A program made the position numbers and the translations under genes. From NCBI GenBank assembly GCA_035489755.1, contig DATGZK010000022.1, positions 29,395 through 93,394 on the forward strand: a stretch of 64,000 bases of DNA. The letters are read 5' to 3'. A model generated the notes under the pieces. That model was not told where the DNA came from, ran no database searches, and saw only the letters and a program-made list of their open reading frames with translations. The DNA comes from Myxococcota bacterium (GTDB taxonomy: Bacteria; Myxococcota_A; UBA9160). The first letter of the stretch is position 1, and every line of letters begins with the position of its first letter. Below are positions 53,899 through 63,462 of the stretch, in pieces.

Positions 53899-55322
53899 GA
53901 CTTGCCCCGCGAGGGGGGCGTGCCGTGCACCCGCCGGTGCACGCCCTTTTGTGCACCCGGAGCTCCCGGCGACGCCGGGACGAGGCGGACGACGCTGCGC
54001 TGGTCATCGCCGAGGTAGGTCGTGGCCACGCGCTGAACGTCGCCCTTGGTCACGGCTTCCAGGGCGGAGAGCCGCTCCTCGAGGCTCCGGACCCGTCCAA
54101 AGGTCACGAAATCGCCGCCGATGCGACCCGCCAGGGCTTCGGTTGTGGCGAGATCGTTCACGAGGTCGACTTCAAGCTCACGCTTCGCCTTCTCGAGCTC
54201 CTCGTCGCTCACGGGCTCGGCGCGCAGCTTGTTCACCTCCTCGGCGAGCAAGGCCTCAGCACGATCGGTCGAGCCATCGGGACGCACGCTCGCGTAGGCG
54301 AAGAAGAGGCCGGCGTCCTTCATCTCCCAGTAGCCGCCCTGCGCGGCAAGCGCCTGCTGCTCTTGATACACGAGCCGGCGATACAGGCGGCTCGAGCGCC
54401 CGCTCGAGAGAATCTGACCGGCGACATCGAGCGCAGGCCCGTCGGGGTGACCGGCGGCCGGCGCATGCCAGGCGGCGGCGACCGTCGGGCTGCGGACGTC
54501 GAATCGCACCGTCGAGCGGCGCTCGCCGTGCTGCTCAGGTTCCTTCGTCGGGTTGCGCGGAATCTCGGCGGCGGGCTCGAGGGGACCGAACACGCGTTCG
54601 ATGTGACGCACGGCTTCGTCCGCGTCGAAATTCCCAACCAGCACGAGCACAATGTTGTTCGGCGAATAGAAGGTTCGGAAAAAGCGTTGGCACTGCTCCA
54701 CGGTCACTGCCTCGACATCGCTGCGCCAGCCGATCACGGGCCAGCGGTAGGGATGCGCGATGAAGGTGAGCGCGAAGAGCGCCTCGAACAGCCGTCCTTC
54801 GGGATTGTCCTCGGTGCGAAGCCGGCGCTCCTCGAGCACGACCTGGCGCTCGCTCGTGAGAGTCTTCTCGCTGATGTCGAGGTTCGCGACCCGTTCCGCT
54901 TCAAGATCGATCGCGAGCGGGAGGGTGTCGGGCGTCACGTCCTCGTGGAAGACGGTGACGTCGTTGGTCGTGTAGGCGTTCACGCGTCCGCCCCGCGCCT
55001 CGAGCAGGCGCGCATGCTCTTCGGGCGGGATATGCAAGGAGCCCTTGAACATCATGTGCTCGAACAGATGGGCGATCCCCGTATACCGGGTCTCGTCGCG
55101 AGAGCCGACCTTCACCCACATCTGCAGCGAGGCGACCGGCGTGCTGTGATCGACGAGGGTGAGGATCGTGAGGCCGTTGCGAAGCGTCGTGGTGTGGAGC
55201 GCCTGCGCCGGATCTTGGAAGCTCGCGGCGCGAGCGAGACCCGCTGCGAGAACGAACAAAAGCGCGGCGATGGTCATGAGGCAGGTCGGCAGCCCCCCGT
55301 GCCGCCGTGCGGACTCCAGCAT
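53895..55322 (-). CDS. M16-family zinc peptidase (catalytic subunit)
   Basis: HLFEHMMFKG inverted zincin motif. Stop overlaps the start of the partner subunit. Confidence 0.85.
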   Translation of the reverse strand: MLESARRHGGLPTCLMTIAALLFVLAAGLARAASFQDPAQALHTTTLRNGLTILTLVDHSTPVASLQMWVKVGSRDETRYTGIAHLFEHMMFKGSLHIPPEEHARLLEARGGRVNAYTTNDVTVFHEDVTPDTLPLAIDLEAERVANLDISEKTLTSERQVVLEERRLRTEDNPEGRLFEALFALTFIAHPYRWPVIGWRSDVEAVTVEQCQRFFRTFYSPNNIVLVLVGNFDADEAVRHIERVFGPLEPAAEIPRNPTKEPEQHGERRSTVRFDVRSPTVAAAWHAPAAGHPDGPALDVAGQILSSGRSSRLYRRLVYQEQQALAAQGGYWEMKDAGLFFAYASVRPDGSTDRAEALLAEEVNKLRAEPVSDEELEKAKRELEVDLVNDLATTEALAGRIGGDFVTFGRVRSLEERLSALEAVTKGDVQRVATTYLGDDQRSVVRLVPASPGAPGAQKGVHRRVHGTPPSRGKS

Positions 55323-55368
55323 CGCGGCCTACGGTAGGTGGCGGGCTCCGTCGTGTCGAGGAGGATCA

Positions 55369-55806
55369 GTGCCGGTCGAAACGGATGAGGAGCTGCGGGA
55401 GATCCTCGAGCGGGTGCGCACGATCGCTGTCCTTGGGATGAAGGCCCAGGCGGAGGAAGACGCCTTTCGGGTCCCGCTCTATCTCCAGCAGCACGGCTAC
55501 CGAATCGTTCCGGTCAACCCGAAGCTGCGGGAGGTGCTCCACGAGCAGGCGTGCGCGACCCTCGCAGAGGTCAAGGTACCCGTCGATCTGGTCGACGTCT
55601 TCCGCGCATCGGACCACCTGCCGGGACACGTCGACGAGATCCTTGCGATGCGGCCGCGGCCATGGGTCGTGTGGTTCCAGCTCGGGATCCGAAACGACGC
55701 CTCCGCCGCTCGGCTCGAGGCAGCAGGCCTTCGGGTCGTGCAAGACCGCTGCATCATGGTCGACCACCGCCGCCTCGTTCCCACAAGAACGAGTCGAGGC
55801 GGCTAA
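55369..55806 (+). CDS. CoA-binding domain protein (YccU/YneT-like)
   Basis: IAVLGMKAQAEEDAFRVPLYLQQHGYRIVPVNP. GTG at 55369 follows GAGGAGG. Confidence 0.75.
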   Translation: MPVETDEELREILERVRTIAVLGMKAQAEEDAFRVPLYLQQHGYRIVPVNPKLREVLHEQACATLAEVKVPVDLVDVFRASDHLPGHVDEILAMRPRPWVVWFQLGIRNDASAARLEAAGLRVVQDRCIMVDHRRLVPTRTSRGG

Positions 55807-55915
55807 GCAAGACTACGCCGCCGGCAGGGCACGGATGCGGTCGCTTTCGTAAATTTCTAGAAAAAGACTTCGAGTCTGCGGCGCCAGCGGTGACCGACCC
55901 GAGCCCCTACCCTGG

Positions 55916-56281
55916 GTGGGCGTGGCACGCGACGACTCGAGCCGCACCGTCTACTCCTCCTCTCGAGGCCGCATCTGCCCGAGCTGCGGGCGACCCGCCA
56001 GCAGCTGCGTCTGCCGCTCCTCACCCCGGGCCCCGCGCGGCGACGGTGTGGTTCGGGTGCGCCGCGAAGTGCAGGGGCGACACGGCAAGACCGTGACGAC
56101 GATTTCGGGGATCCCCCTTCCCCACGACGCTTTGCGCGAACTCGCATCGGAACTGAAGCGGCGCTGCGGCACGGGAGGCTCCGCCAAGGAAGGGGTGATC
56201 GAGATCCAGGGAGACCACCGTGAGGTCCTGGTCGCCGAGCTCACCGCGCGCGGCTTCGTGGTGAAACTCGCGGGAGGCTGA
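55916..56281 (+). CDS. yciH: SUI1-family translation initiation factor
   Basis: GDGVVRVRREVQGRHGKTVTTISGI, collinear with E. coli YciH. Confidence 0.85.
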   Translation: MGVARDDSSRTVYSSSRGRICPSCGRPASSCVCRSSPRAPRGDGVVRVRREVQGRHGKTVTTISGIPLPHDALRELASELKRRCGTGGSAKEGVIEIQGDHREVLVAELTARGFVVKLAGG

Positions 56282-56290
56282 GCCCGTCTC

Positions 56291-56308
56291 AAAAAATCCC
56301 GAAGGGAT
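56291..56308 (-). terminator. weak intrinsic terminator candidate (minus strand)
   Basis: Minus strand reads ATCCC-TTC-GGGAT followed by TTTTTT. The stem is only 5-6 bp. Confidence 0.3.
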
Positions 56309-56469
56309 CCCAAAGATTCCCAGATCGCTGTGGGGAGCGTGAACGCGGCGGCTGGCGACGCCATCCTGGGCTGGCGCGTGGAGCAATCCGGCGCGGCTTG
56401 ATCAAAAGCGTGGCGAAACCTCCCGATGCGGCTCAGGCAGCGTTCCCGAAGAGGTCCTTCGCGGCCGGG

Positions 56470-57183
56470 TTAGTCTCGGATCTGGTATCGGAGTGCGCGC
56501 CGCTGCATCCAGCGTACGGCGAAGACATCCACCACGCCGACAAAGAGTCGATTGCCAATGCCGTACTTCGAGCGCCCGTGGCGGCGCGGGCGGTGCGCGA
56601 CCGGAATCTCGACAAGACGCGCACCCTCGATCCGCAGCAGCGTCGGCAAGAAGCGGTGCATCCCGCGAAAGAGCTTGATCCGGCGCAGGTACGAGGTACG
56701 CATCGCGCGCAGCGAGCAGCCGACGTCCGTCACCGATTCGCCTGTCATCCAGTTGCGAAAGCCGTTTCCGACTCGCGAGGAGAGCTTCCTCACCCAGGAA
56801 TCGTGACGCTCGGTGCGGACGCCGTTCACCACGTCCGCGCGGTCGAGCAAAGCCAAGAGCCGCGGAATGTCGGCGGGATCGTTCTGCAGGTCCGCATCGA
56901 GGGTGACGGTAATCTCGCCGCGGACCTTGGCGAAGCCCGCCTCGAGCGCTGCCGTTTGACCGTGGTTCCCGGCGAGCGCTACGCAACGCACCCGAGCGTC
57001 GCGAGCGGCAAGCTCGCGGATCTTGGCAAGGCTCCCATCCCGGCTGCCATCGTCCACGAGAATGATCTCTGCACCGTCCTCAAGGGATTTCAGGCTCTCC
57101 GCGAGTTCGGAGTAGAGCTCATCGAGGTTCTCGACCTCGTCATGGACCGGGATCACGATGGACAGCCAGGGGTTCGCGACCAT
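56470..57183 (-). CDS. GT2 polyprenyl-phosphate glycosyltransferase (ArnC/GtrB/DPM1-like)
   Basis: LSIVIPVHDEVENL ... ILVDDGSRDGS ... C-terminal TM-anchoring region. Confidence 0.85.
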   Translation of the reverse strand: MVANPWLSIVIPVHDEVENLDELYSELAESLKSLEDGAEIILVDDGSRDGSLAKIRELAARDARVRCVALAGNHGQTAALEAGFAKVRGEITVTLDADLQNDPADIPRLLALLDRADVVNGVRTERHDSWVRKLSSRVGNGFRNWMTGESVTDVGCSLRAMRTSYLRRIKLFRGMHRFLPTLLRIEGARLVEIPVAHRPRRHGRSKYGIGNRLFVGVVDVFAVRWMQRRALRYQIRD

Positions 57184-57215
57184 GCGCGACCTTCTCCTCC
57201 TCGCGGCGTCCGCGG

Positions 57216-58076
57216 CTACCGGTCCGAGGGCGTCATCCGGGGTACCTCGCGAGCTCCCGGGCCCGTGCCCACCGCCGGCTTGCGCAGCGTCTCGGCGAGC
57301 TGCGACTCGCGCTCGGCGGCTGCGAGTTCACCCCGCTCGCGCAGCGCAAGGGCGAGATTCTCGTGGGGCAGGTACCAGTCCGGGGCCAGCTGCGCTGCGT
57401 GCCCGAGGGCCTCGATGGCGGCGTCTCGCTGCCCGTCCGCGTACAGGCCCACGGCAAGGTCATTCTGTGCCCGCCCGCTGGTGGGCTGTTTCTGCACCTG
57501 CTTGCGCAGCAGGGAAAGCATGGCCTCGCGCGTCGGCGCGGCGAATGCATCGTCCCAAGAGCTGTAGAGGAGCGCGCCGTAACGGAAGCGTCCCACCCGG
57601 GCGGGGCGGAAGAGCGCGCGACCGACGCTGCGCATGGCCTCGTGATCCGAGGTCTCGAAAAGGCGCGGCTCGGCTCGACAGGCGGGGCCGTAGGTCTGGA
57701 CGTCCCAGGCCGCGAGTCGGTCGTCGGGAAGATAGAACCAGGAGGTGAAGGCGCCCTCCTCGGATGTCCCTGCGTGGTCGCATTTTTGCGTCACATCCAG
57801 AAGATACGTGGCGGGCGGGAAGTCGCCCTTGCCCGGGGCGAACCTCTCGGACGGCAGCGGGGTCGCTCCCGTCGCGGAAAGCACCTGCACACGAAGGTGC
57901 GTGGCGGCGATGCCGGACTCGGGATGCCGCAGGAACGCAAGGACGTGTTGCAGGTCATCGCCTGCCATGAACTCGACGGGCTCGGCGTCCCCGCGCTCGT
58001 GCAGCTGTGCGCCTGCCGCAGGCCCGCAGATCAGCACGCCGGCGCACAGCGCGGCGCGCCCTAGGCCTCGCGGCAC
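57216..58076 (-). CDS. secreted hypothetical protein with C-terminal TPR-like repeats
   Basis: Track ORF trimmed to GTG at 58076, giving the signal-like VPRGLGRAALCAGVLICGPAAGA. C-terminal AQNDLAVGLYADGQRDAAIEALGHAAQLAPD. Confidence 0.5.
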   Translation of the reverse strand: MPRGLGRAALCAGVLICGPAAGAQLHERGDAEPVEFMAGDDLQHVLAFLRHPESGIAATHLRVQVLSATGATPLPSERFAPGKGDFPPATYLLDVTQKCDHAGTSEEGAFTSWFYLPDDRLAAWDVQTYGPACRAEPRLFETSDHEAMRSVGRALFRPARVGRFRYGALLYSSWDDAFAAPTREAMLSLLRKQVQKQPTSGRAQNDLAVGLYADGQRDAAIEALGHAAQLAPDWYLPHENLALALRERGELAAAERESQLAETLRKPAVGTGPGAREVPRMTPSDR

Positions 58077-58681
58077 AAAACGAACCAGCTCCCGAGGTCC
58101 TTGCCACCCCTTGCGGCGGAGCCAATCGTGACGTGCTCGGACACGCGCCGCAGCGTGTCCACCATGTTGCCGTAGACGAGTCTGCCGGGACCTTGGTCGT
58201 TGGCGCGGATCGGAGGCCAACCCTCGGGGCGTTCCGGCGGCAGCTCGCGATAGTCGATCAGCACCTCGGGGAGCGATGCGTCTTCCCGTGCCACGAAGTA
58301 GCCGGGCCCGGTAAAGAAGGACATCGCCTGGAAGTTAAAGCCGTAGAGCAGCCGAGGCTTGTGCGGATCGGCGCCGCGCGGGCGGCAAAAGCGCTTCTCG
58401 AAGAGGGTGAAGAGCGGAAGCGTGTTGCGGCCGTAGTGGCGGATTGCAACGAGGTCCGGAGCCCCCGGCGGGACGAGGTCGACGAGACGGACGCTCCCGA
58501 ATCCCTTCGCGGCCTCGTACAGGCGGCGCTGCTCGGGCCGACCGAGCGCGCGGACCGCGCGGACGCGGTCTCCATGGGAAAGACCGTCGAGGAAATTCGC
58601 AACCTCGAGCGGTTTAATCGCGCTGGCGCGCACCCGCGTCAAAAGCTCGTGCTCCGGGGTTCCCGTTCGAGGTGTGCTCAT
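58061..58681 (-). CDS. hypothetical protein
   Basis: Track ORF trimmed to the ATG at 58681 (MSTPRTGTPEHELL). GC-rich third positions. No family recognised. Confidence 0.5.
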   Translation of the reverse strand: MSTPRTGTPEHELLTRVRASAIKPLEVANFLDGLSHGDRVRAVRALGRPEQRRLYEAAKGFGSVRLVDLVPPGAPDLVAIRHYGRNTLPLFTLFEKRFCRPRGADPHKPRLLYGFNFQAMSFFTGPGYFVAREDASLPEVLIDYRELPPERPEGWPPIRANDQGPGRLVYGNMVDTLRRVSEHVTIGSAARGGKDLGSWFVLCREA

Positions 58682-58744
58682 GGGGCGTCTCCTTCCACAA
58701 GAGAGTACCGTCCCGCGACGAGGAGTTGAAGAGAGGGCCGATCC

Positions 58745-60445
58745 GTGGACGAGCGCCGGGCGCGGAAGCGAGAGCGGCTGCTCGTGCTGATCGCGTCGGC
58801 GCTGCTCCTGCTTCCCGGACTCGGCGGGCTCGGGCTCTGGGCACCGGATGAGCCCCGCTACGCGCAGGTTGCCGAGGAACTGCGCTCCTTCGATCACGGC
58901 CCGAGCGGACTTGTGGTCCTCCACCTAAACGGTGAGGTCTACGACCAGAAGCCCCCCCTCTACTTCTGGGCTGCCGCGCTCGCCAGTGCGCCCGGCGGAC
59001 GCGTGACGGAGCGGGCCGCGCGCCTGCCGTCCGCGCTCGCGGGCATCGCGTGCGTAGCGCTCACGATGCGCCTTGGAGCCCTCCTCCTTTCCGCGCGCGC
59101 TTCGGTCCTGGGGGCGCTTTTCCTTTTGACCACGTTCGAGTTCGCGCACCTCGCGCGCCGTGTACAGCTCGACGTCGTGCTGACGCTCTTTGAGTTGATG
59201 GCGCTCTACGCGTTCGTGCGTCTGGAACGGAAGGAAGGGTCGCGGACCGCCAACCTCATCTGGCTACATGGGGCCCTGGGCCTCGCCGTGCTCACGAAAG
59301 GCCCCGTTGGTCTCTTGCCCCTCCTCGTGATGGCGGTAGCGCTCGGCCTCGAGGGGCGACTTGGGGCGCTGCGTGGCCTTTTCCCCGCTTGGTCGCCCCT
59401 TCTCTCGCTCGCGCCCCCTCTCGCGTGGCTCGCGGCCGCGGCCACGCTCGCTCCAGCAGGTTTTTTCGACGCCGCCGTCGTGCAAAACCTCTGGGGCCGT
59501 GCGGCCGAGGGAACGGCGCATCCGCGCCCCTTCTATTACTACGCGTACCAGTTCCCGCTTGACTGCCTGCCCTGGTCCCTGCTCTGGCCCCTCATCGCTC
59601 TCGCGCGGCGCCAGGTTTTCGGGGGCGCCGCGGATGGAGCGCGGCGCCGCACCTGGCGTTTTCTCCTTTCCTGGGTCGGTACGACCTTCCTCGTCTTCTC
59701 GCTCTTCGCGGGAAAGCGAGGCCTCTATCTGGCCCCGGCGGCGCCGGCCGCCGCCCTCATGAGCGCCGACGCGCTCCTGCTTTTTCTCTTCGAGCACGCC
59801 ACCTTGCCGTGGGCCTTTTCGTTCCTCGCCTCTCTCCTCGCCGCTTCGCTCTTCGCCGTGGGCCTGCGCCTCGCCCTCTTCCCGCAGGTTTCCGGCGTCT
59901 TGCTCCCGTGGACCTTCGGGGCCGCGGTGGCGACGGTCGCGGCCGCAGGAGCCGCGGCGTGGGGATGGCTCGGCCGGGGCCCTCCGACACCCGCTGATGT
60001 TGGATCGCAGCGCGAAACCCTGGGCCGGATCGGCGTCGCCGTTGCGGCTACCTTCGCCCTCCTCGCCTCGGCCTTTTATCTGCTCTACCCAAGTCTTGAC
60101 GACGAGAAATCGCCGCGACCTGTCGCGCTCGCCGCCGCCGCGCTCGTCCCGCCCGGCGAGCCCATCGGCCTCTTGGGAAGTAGCCCTCTGGTCGGCGGCC
60201 TCGTCTACTACGGCGGGCGCGCCGTCCTCGAGCTCGACTCGCCGCAGGAGGCCCGCACCTTCCTTGCACGCGGCGGGCGCGCGATCGTCCTCGAGGCCAA
60301 GAAGCTCGAGCGGCTAAGTGCCGTCGTGCCGGTCGAGGTGAGGACCCGCGCTCGCTCGGAGGACCGCACACTCCTTGTGGTGACCCCGCAAGGAGACCTC
60401 GCGCAAGGGCCTCTCGCGCCGGCTCCACCCCCGCTCCCGCCCTAG
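58745..60445 (+). CDS. GT39/GT83-type (ArnT/PMT-like) membrane glycosyltransferase
   Basis: LWAPDEPRYAQVAEE and DQKPPLYFW loop motifs, with more than 10 TM helices. Confidence 0.85.
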   Translation: MDERRARKRERLLVLIASALLLLPGLGGLGLWAPDEPRYAQVAEELRSFDHGPSGLVVLHLNGEVYDQKPPLYFWAAALASAPGGRVTERAARLPSALAGIACVALTMRLGALLLSARASVLGALFLLTTFEFAHLARRVQLDVVLTLFELMALYAFVRLERKEGSRTANLIWLHGALGLAVLTKGPVGLLPLLVMAVALGLEGRLGALRGLFPAWSPLLSLAPPLAWLAAAATLAPAGFFDAAVVQNLWGRAAEGTAHPRPFYYYAYQFPLDCLPWSLLWPLIALARRQVFGGAADGARRRTWRFLLSWVGTTFLVFSLFAGKRGLYLAPAAPAAALMSADALLLFLFEHATLPWAFSFLASLLAASLFAVGLRLALFPQVSGVLLPWTFGAAVATVAAAGAAAWGWLGRGPPTPADVGSQRETLGRIGVAVAATFALLASAFYLLYPSLDDEKSPRPVALAAAALVPPGEPIGLLGSSPLVGGLVYYGGRAVLELDSPQEARTFLARGGRAIVLEAKKLERLSAVVPVEVRTRARSEDRTLLVVTPQGDLAQGPLAPAPPPLPP

Positions 60446-60536
60446 ACGAGAACGCGTGGGCTCGTCTCGGCTGCGCGCGTCGGCTAGGCTCGCTCCGTCC
60501 TTATTTTGCCAGCCTGCAGCAGAAGGAGCCCCCCCC

Positions 60537-61823
60537 ATGGCCGAGAAGGCGCAGCTCCGCCTCGGCGATAAGACGCTCGATCTCGAGATCCTGGTGGGTA
60601 GCGAGGGCGAGCGCGCGTTCGACATTCGCAAGCTCCGCGATTCGACGGGCGTCATCACATTTGACCCGGGCTACGCGAACACCGGTTCGTGCCGCAGCGC
60701 AATCACTTTCATCGATGGCGACCAGGGCATCTTGCGCTATCGCGGCATTCCGATCGAGGAGCTCGCGACCCGCAGCACGTTCCTCGAGGTCGCCTACCTC
60801 CTCCTTTCCGGCTCGCTCCCGACGCAGTCCGAGCTTCACCACTTCGTCGAGTCGATCCGGCGCCACTCCATGCTCCATGAGGACATGAAGCGGTTTTACG
60901 GCGCACTTCCCAAGGATGCGCATCCGATGGCGGCCTGCTCCGCAGCCGTCGGCGCGCTCGCGACGTTCTACCCCGACTCCCTCGACCACCGCGATCCACG
61001 ACAGGTGGAGATCTCCGTGCACCGTCTGATCGCAAAGCTCCCCACGATCGCGGGCTACGCCTACAAGCACTCGATCGGCCAGCCCTTCATGTACCCGAAC
61101 AATCGGCTCGAGTACATTGGCAACTTCCTGCACATGCTGTTCGCCAACCCGTGCGAGGAGTACCAGGTCGATCCCGTCGTGGAGAAGGCGATCGATTTGC
61201 TGTTCATCCTCCACGCTGACCACGAGCAGAACTGCTCCACCAGCACGGTGCGGCTTGTGGGCTCGTCGAATGGGAACCTTTTCGCGGCGATCTCCGCCGG
61301 CATCAACGCGCTCTGGGGGCCTTTGCACGGCGGCGCCAACCAGGCCGTGATCGAGATGCTCGAGCGCATCCGCGACGAGGGCCTTAACGCCCGTCAGTTC
61401 GTGGATCGCGCCAAGGACAAGAACGACACGGCGCGCCTCATGGGCTTTGGCCACCGGATCTACAAGAACTTTGATCCGCGCATGAAGATCATCAAGAAAG
61501 CCTGCGACGAGGTGCTGACCAAGCTCGGCGTGAACAACAAGCTGCTCGAGATCGCAAAGGAACTGGAAGAAATCGCGCTCAAGGACGAATACTTCATCGA
61601 GCGCAAGCTCTACCCGAACGTCGATTTCTACTCCGGTGTGATCTACAACGCGATCGGTACCCCTGCCAACATGTTCACGGTCATGTTTGCCATTGGCCGC
61701 CTGCCCGGCTGGATTGCCCATTGGTCCGAGATGCACGCAGATCCCGACACCAAGATCGGCCGTCCGCGTCAGGTGTACACGGGCGAGAAGCAGCGCAGCT
61801 GGGTTCCGTTCTCCCAGCGCTAG
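60537..61823 (+). CDS. gltA: citrate synthase
   Basis: ATG at 60537 after GAAGGAG. ITFIDGDQGILRYRGIPIEEL, GPLHGGAN, MGFGHRIYKNFDPR. Confidence 0.95.
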   Translation: MAEKAQLRLGDKTLDLEILVGSEGERAFDIRKLRDSTGVITFDPGYANTGSCRSAITFIDGDQGILRYRGIPIEELATRSTFLEVAYLLLSGSLPTQSELHHFVESIRRHSMLHEDMKRFYGALPKDAHPMAACSAAVGALATFYPDSLDHRDPRQVEISVHRLIAKLPTIAGYAYKHSIGQPFMYPNNRLEYIGNFLHMLFANPCEEYQVDPVVEKAIDLLFILHADHEQNCSTSTVRLVGSSNGNLFAAISAGINALWGPLHGGANQAVIEMLERIRDEGLNARQFVDRAKDKNDTARLMGFGHRIYKNFDPRMKIIKKACDEVLTKLGVNNKLLEIAKELEEIALKDEYFIERKLYPNVDFYSGVIYNAIGTPANMFTVMFAIGRLPGWIAHWSEMHADPDTKIGRPRQVYTGEKQRSWVPFSQR

Positions 61824-61838
61824 TCCGCTCCGCAGCTC

Positions 61839-62627
61839 GTGATCTGGTTCGACGGACAGCTCCTGCCTCGCGACGCGTCGGTAGCGCGGGCCGACGATTC
61901 GGCTTTGGTGAGCGGCCGCGGTTGCTACACGAGCGTGCTCTGGTCCGCAGGACGTGCGCGTTTTGCGGAGCGCCACGCACGGCGCCTCGCGGAGGATGCC
62001 GCGCAGCTCTCCCTGGGCCGCCTCGAGCGGGCGGCCTGTCTTGAAGCGATCCGCACCCTCGGCTCTGCAGTCTTCGGCGAAAGGGCGGGAATCGTGCGCG
62101 TGCAGGCGAGTCGTGATGGAAACCGTGCCCTGCACCTTCTCGCCACGACGCGCCACTTCGATGAGCCGCATCCCTTTTGGCGGGCGGTTTCGGCGCCGTT
62201 TCCCCATCCCGGACCCATGCCCTGGGGCGGTGCGAAGGTGACGGGGCACTTGACCGTCGCCCTCGCGCGCGAGGCGGCGCGCGCTGCCGGCGCCGATGAT
62301 GCGCTGCTGTTCGATACGGCGGGACGCCTCGTCGAGGGCGCGCGCACGAATGTGTTCGTGGTGCTCGGCAACGGCACCCCTGCGACGCCCCCGCTCTCAC
62401 GCGGGGCGGTGGCGGGGATCGCGCGCGCGGTCCTTTGCGAGCGCGTGCCAGAGCTCGTGGAGCGGGACGTGACCCTGGCCGATCTTGCGCGCGCGCGGGA
62501 GCTCGTGCTCGCAAACGCCGTGCGGGGCGCGGTGTCCGTCGTGAGCCTTGATGGCCGCAGGATTGGCTCTGGTGCGCCGGGACCGGCGGCGGCACGTTTT
62601 CGCGCGCTGCTCGACGCTGAGCCGTAG
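61839..62627 (+). CDS. class IV aminotransferase-fold protein (aminodeoxychorismate lyase-like)
   Basis: 262 aa. FDGQLLP...DSALVSGRGCYT ... EGARTNVFVV pattern. Confidence 0.7.
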   Translation: MIWFDGQLLPRDASVARADDSALVSGRGCYTSVLWSAGRARFAERHARRLAEDAAQLSLGRLERAACLEAIRTLGSAVFGERAGIVRVQASRDGNRALHLLATTRHFDEPHPFWRAVSAPFPHPGPMPWGGAKVTGHLTVALAREAARAAGADDALLFDTAGRLVEGARTNVFVVLGNGTPATPPLSRGAVAGIARAVLCERVPELVERDVTLADLARARELVLANAVRGAVSVVSLDGRRIGSGAPGPAAARFRALLDAEP

Positions 62628-62687
62628 GGCTTGGCGCCCGCTTCTTGGCTGCTGCTAAGTTGACCCGACGCGATTGGGAGGAAGCGC

Positions 62688-63458
62688 ATGAACATCCAGG
62701 GTCTCGGGGCCCTTGTGACGGGCGGCGGCTCGGGCCTTGGGGAAGCCACCGCGCGCAGCCTTGCCGCGCGCGGAGCCCATGTTGCGATCCTCGATCTTGA
62801 AAAATCGAAGGGGAAGGACGTCGCCGCCTCGCTCGGCGGAAAATCGATCTTTACTCCCGCCGACGTCTCGAGTCCGGAGCAGGTGGAGGCCGCCCTCGAT
62901 CGTGCGCTCGGATCCCTCGGCGCGCTCCACGTGGCCGTGAACTGCGCGGGCATCGGTGCGGCGGGCCGGACCGTCGACAAGGATGGCAAGCCCTTCGACC
63001 TCGGATGGTTTACCCGCTGCATCCAGGTGAACCTCATCGGAACCTTTAACGTGATCCGGCTCGCCGCATCCCGCATGATCACAAACACTCCGAACCCGGG
63101 CGGCGAGCGCGGAGTCATCGTCAATACCGCCTCCGTCGCCGCATTCGATGGGCAGATCGGACAAGCCGCCTATTCGGCCTCGAAGGGCGGGGTGGTGGGG
63201 ATGACCCTCCCGATCGCGCGCGATCTGTCCAAGAGCGGAATCCGCGTGGTGACGATCGCTCCGGGCTTGTTTCGCACCCCCATGCTGATGATGCTTCCCG
63301 AGCCGGCTCTCGAAGCGCTCGGTTCGACCGTTCCCTTCCCGCCGCGACTCGGCGATCCCGCGGAATACGCGGCCCTCGCCTGCCATATCGTCGAGAACCC
63401 GATGCTAAATGGCGAGACCATCCGCCTCGACGGCGCGCTTCGGATGGCTCCGAAATAG
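62688..63458 (+). CDS. SDR, 3-hydroxyacyl-CoA dehydrogenase type (HSD17B10-like)
   Basis: [38 protein letters not shown]. Confidence 0.85.
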   Translation: MNIQGLGALVTGGGSGLGEATARSLAARGAHVAILDLEKSKGKDVAASLGGKSIFTPADVSSPEQVEAALDRALGSLGALHVAVNCAGIGAAGRTVDKDGKPFDLGWFTRCIQVNLIGTFNVIRLAASRMITNTPNPGGERGVIVNTASVAAFDGQIGQAAYSASKGGVVGMTLPIARDLSKSGIRVVTIAPGLFRTPMLMMLPEPALEALGSTVPFPPRLGDPAEYAALACHIVENPMLNGETIRLDGALRMAPK

Positions 63459-63462
63459 CGCG

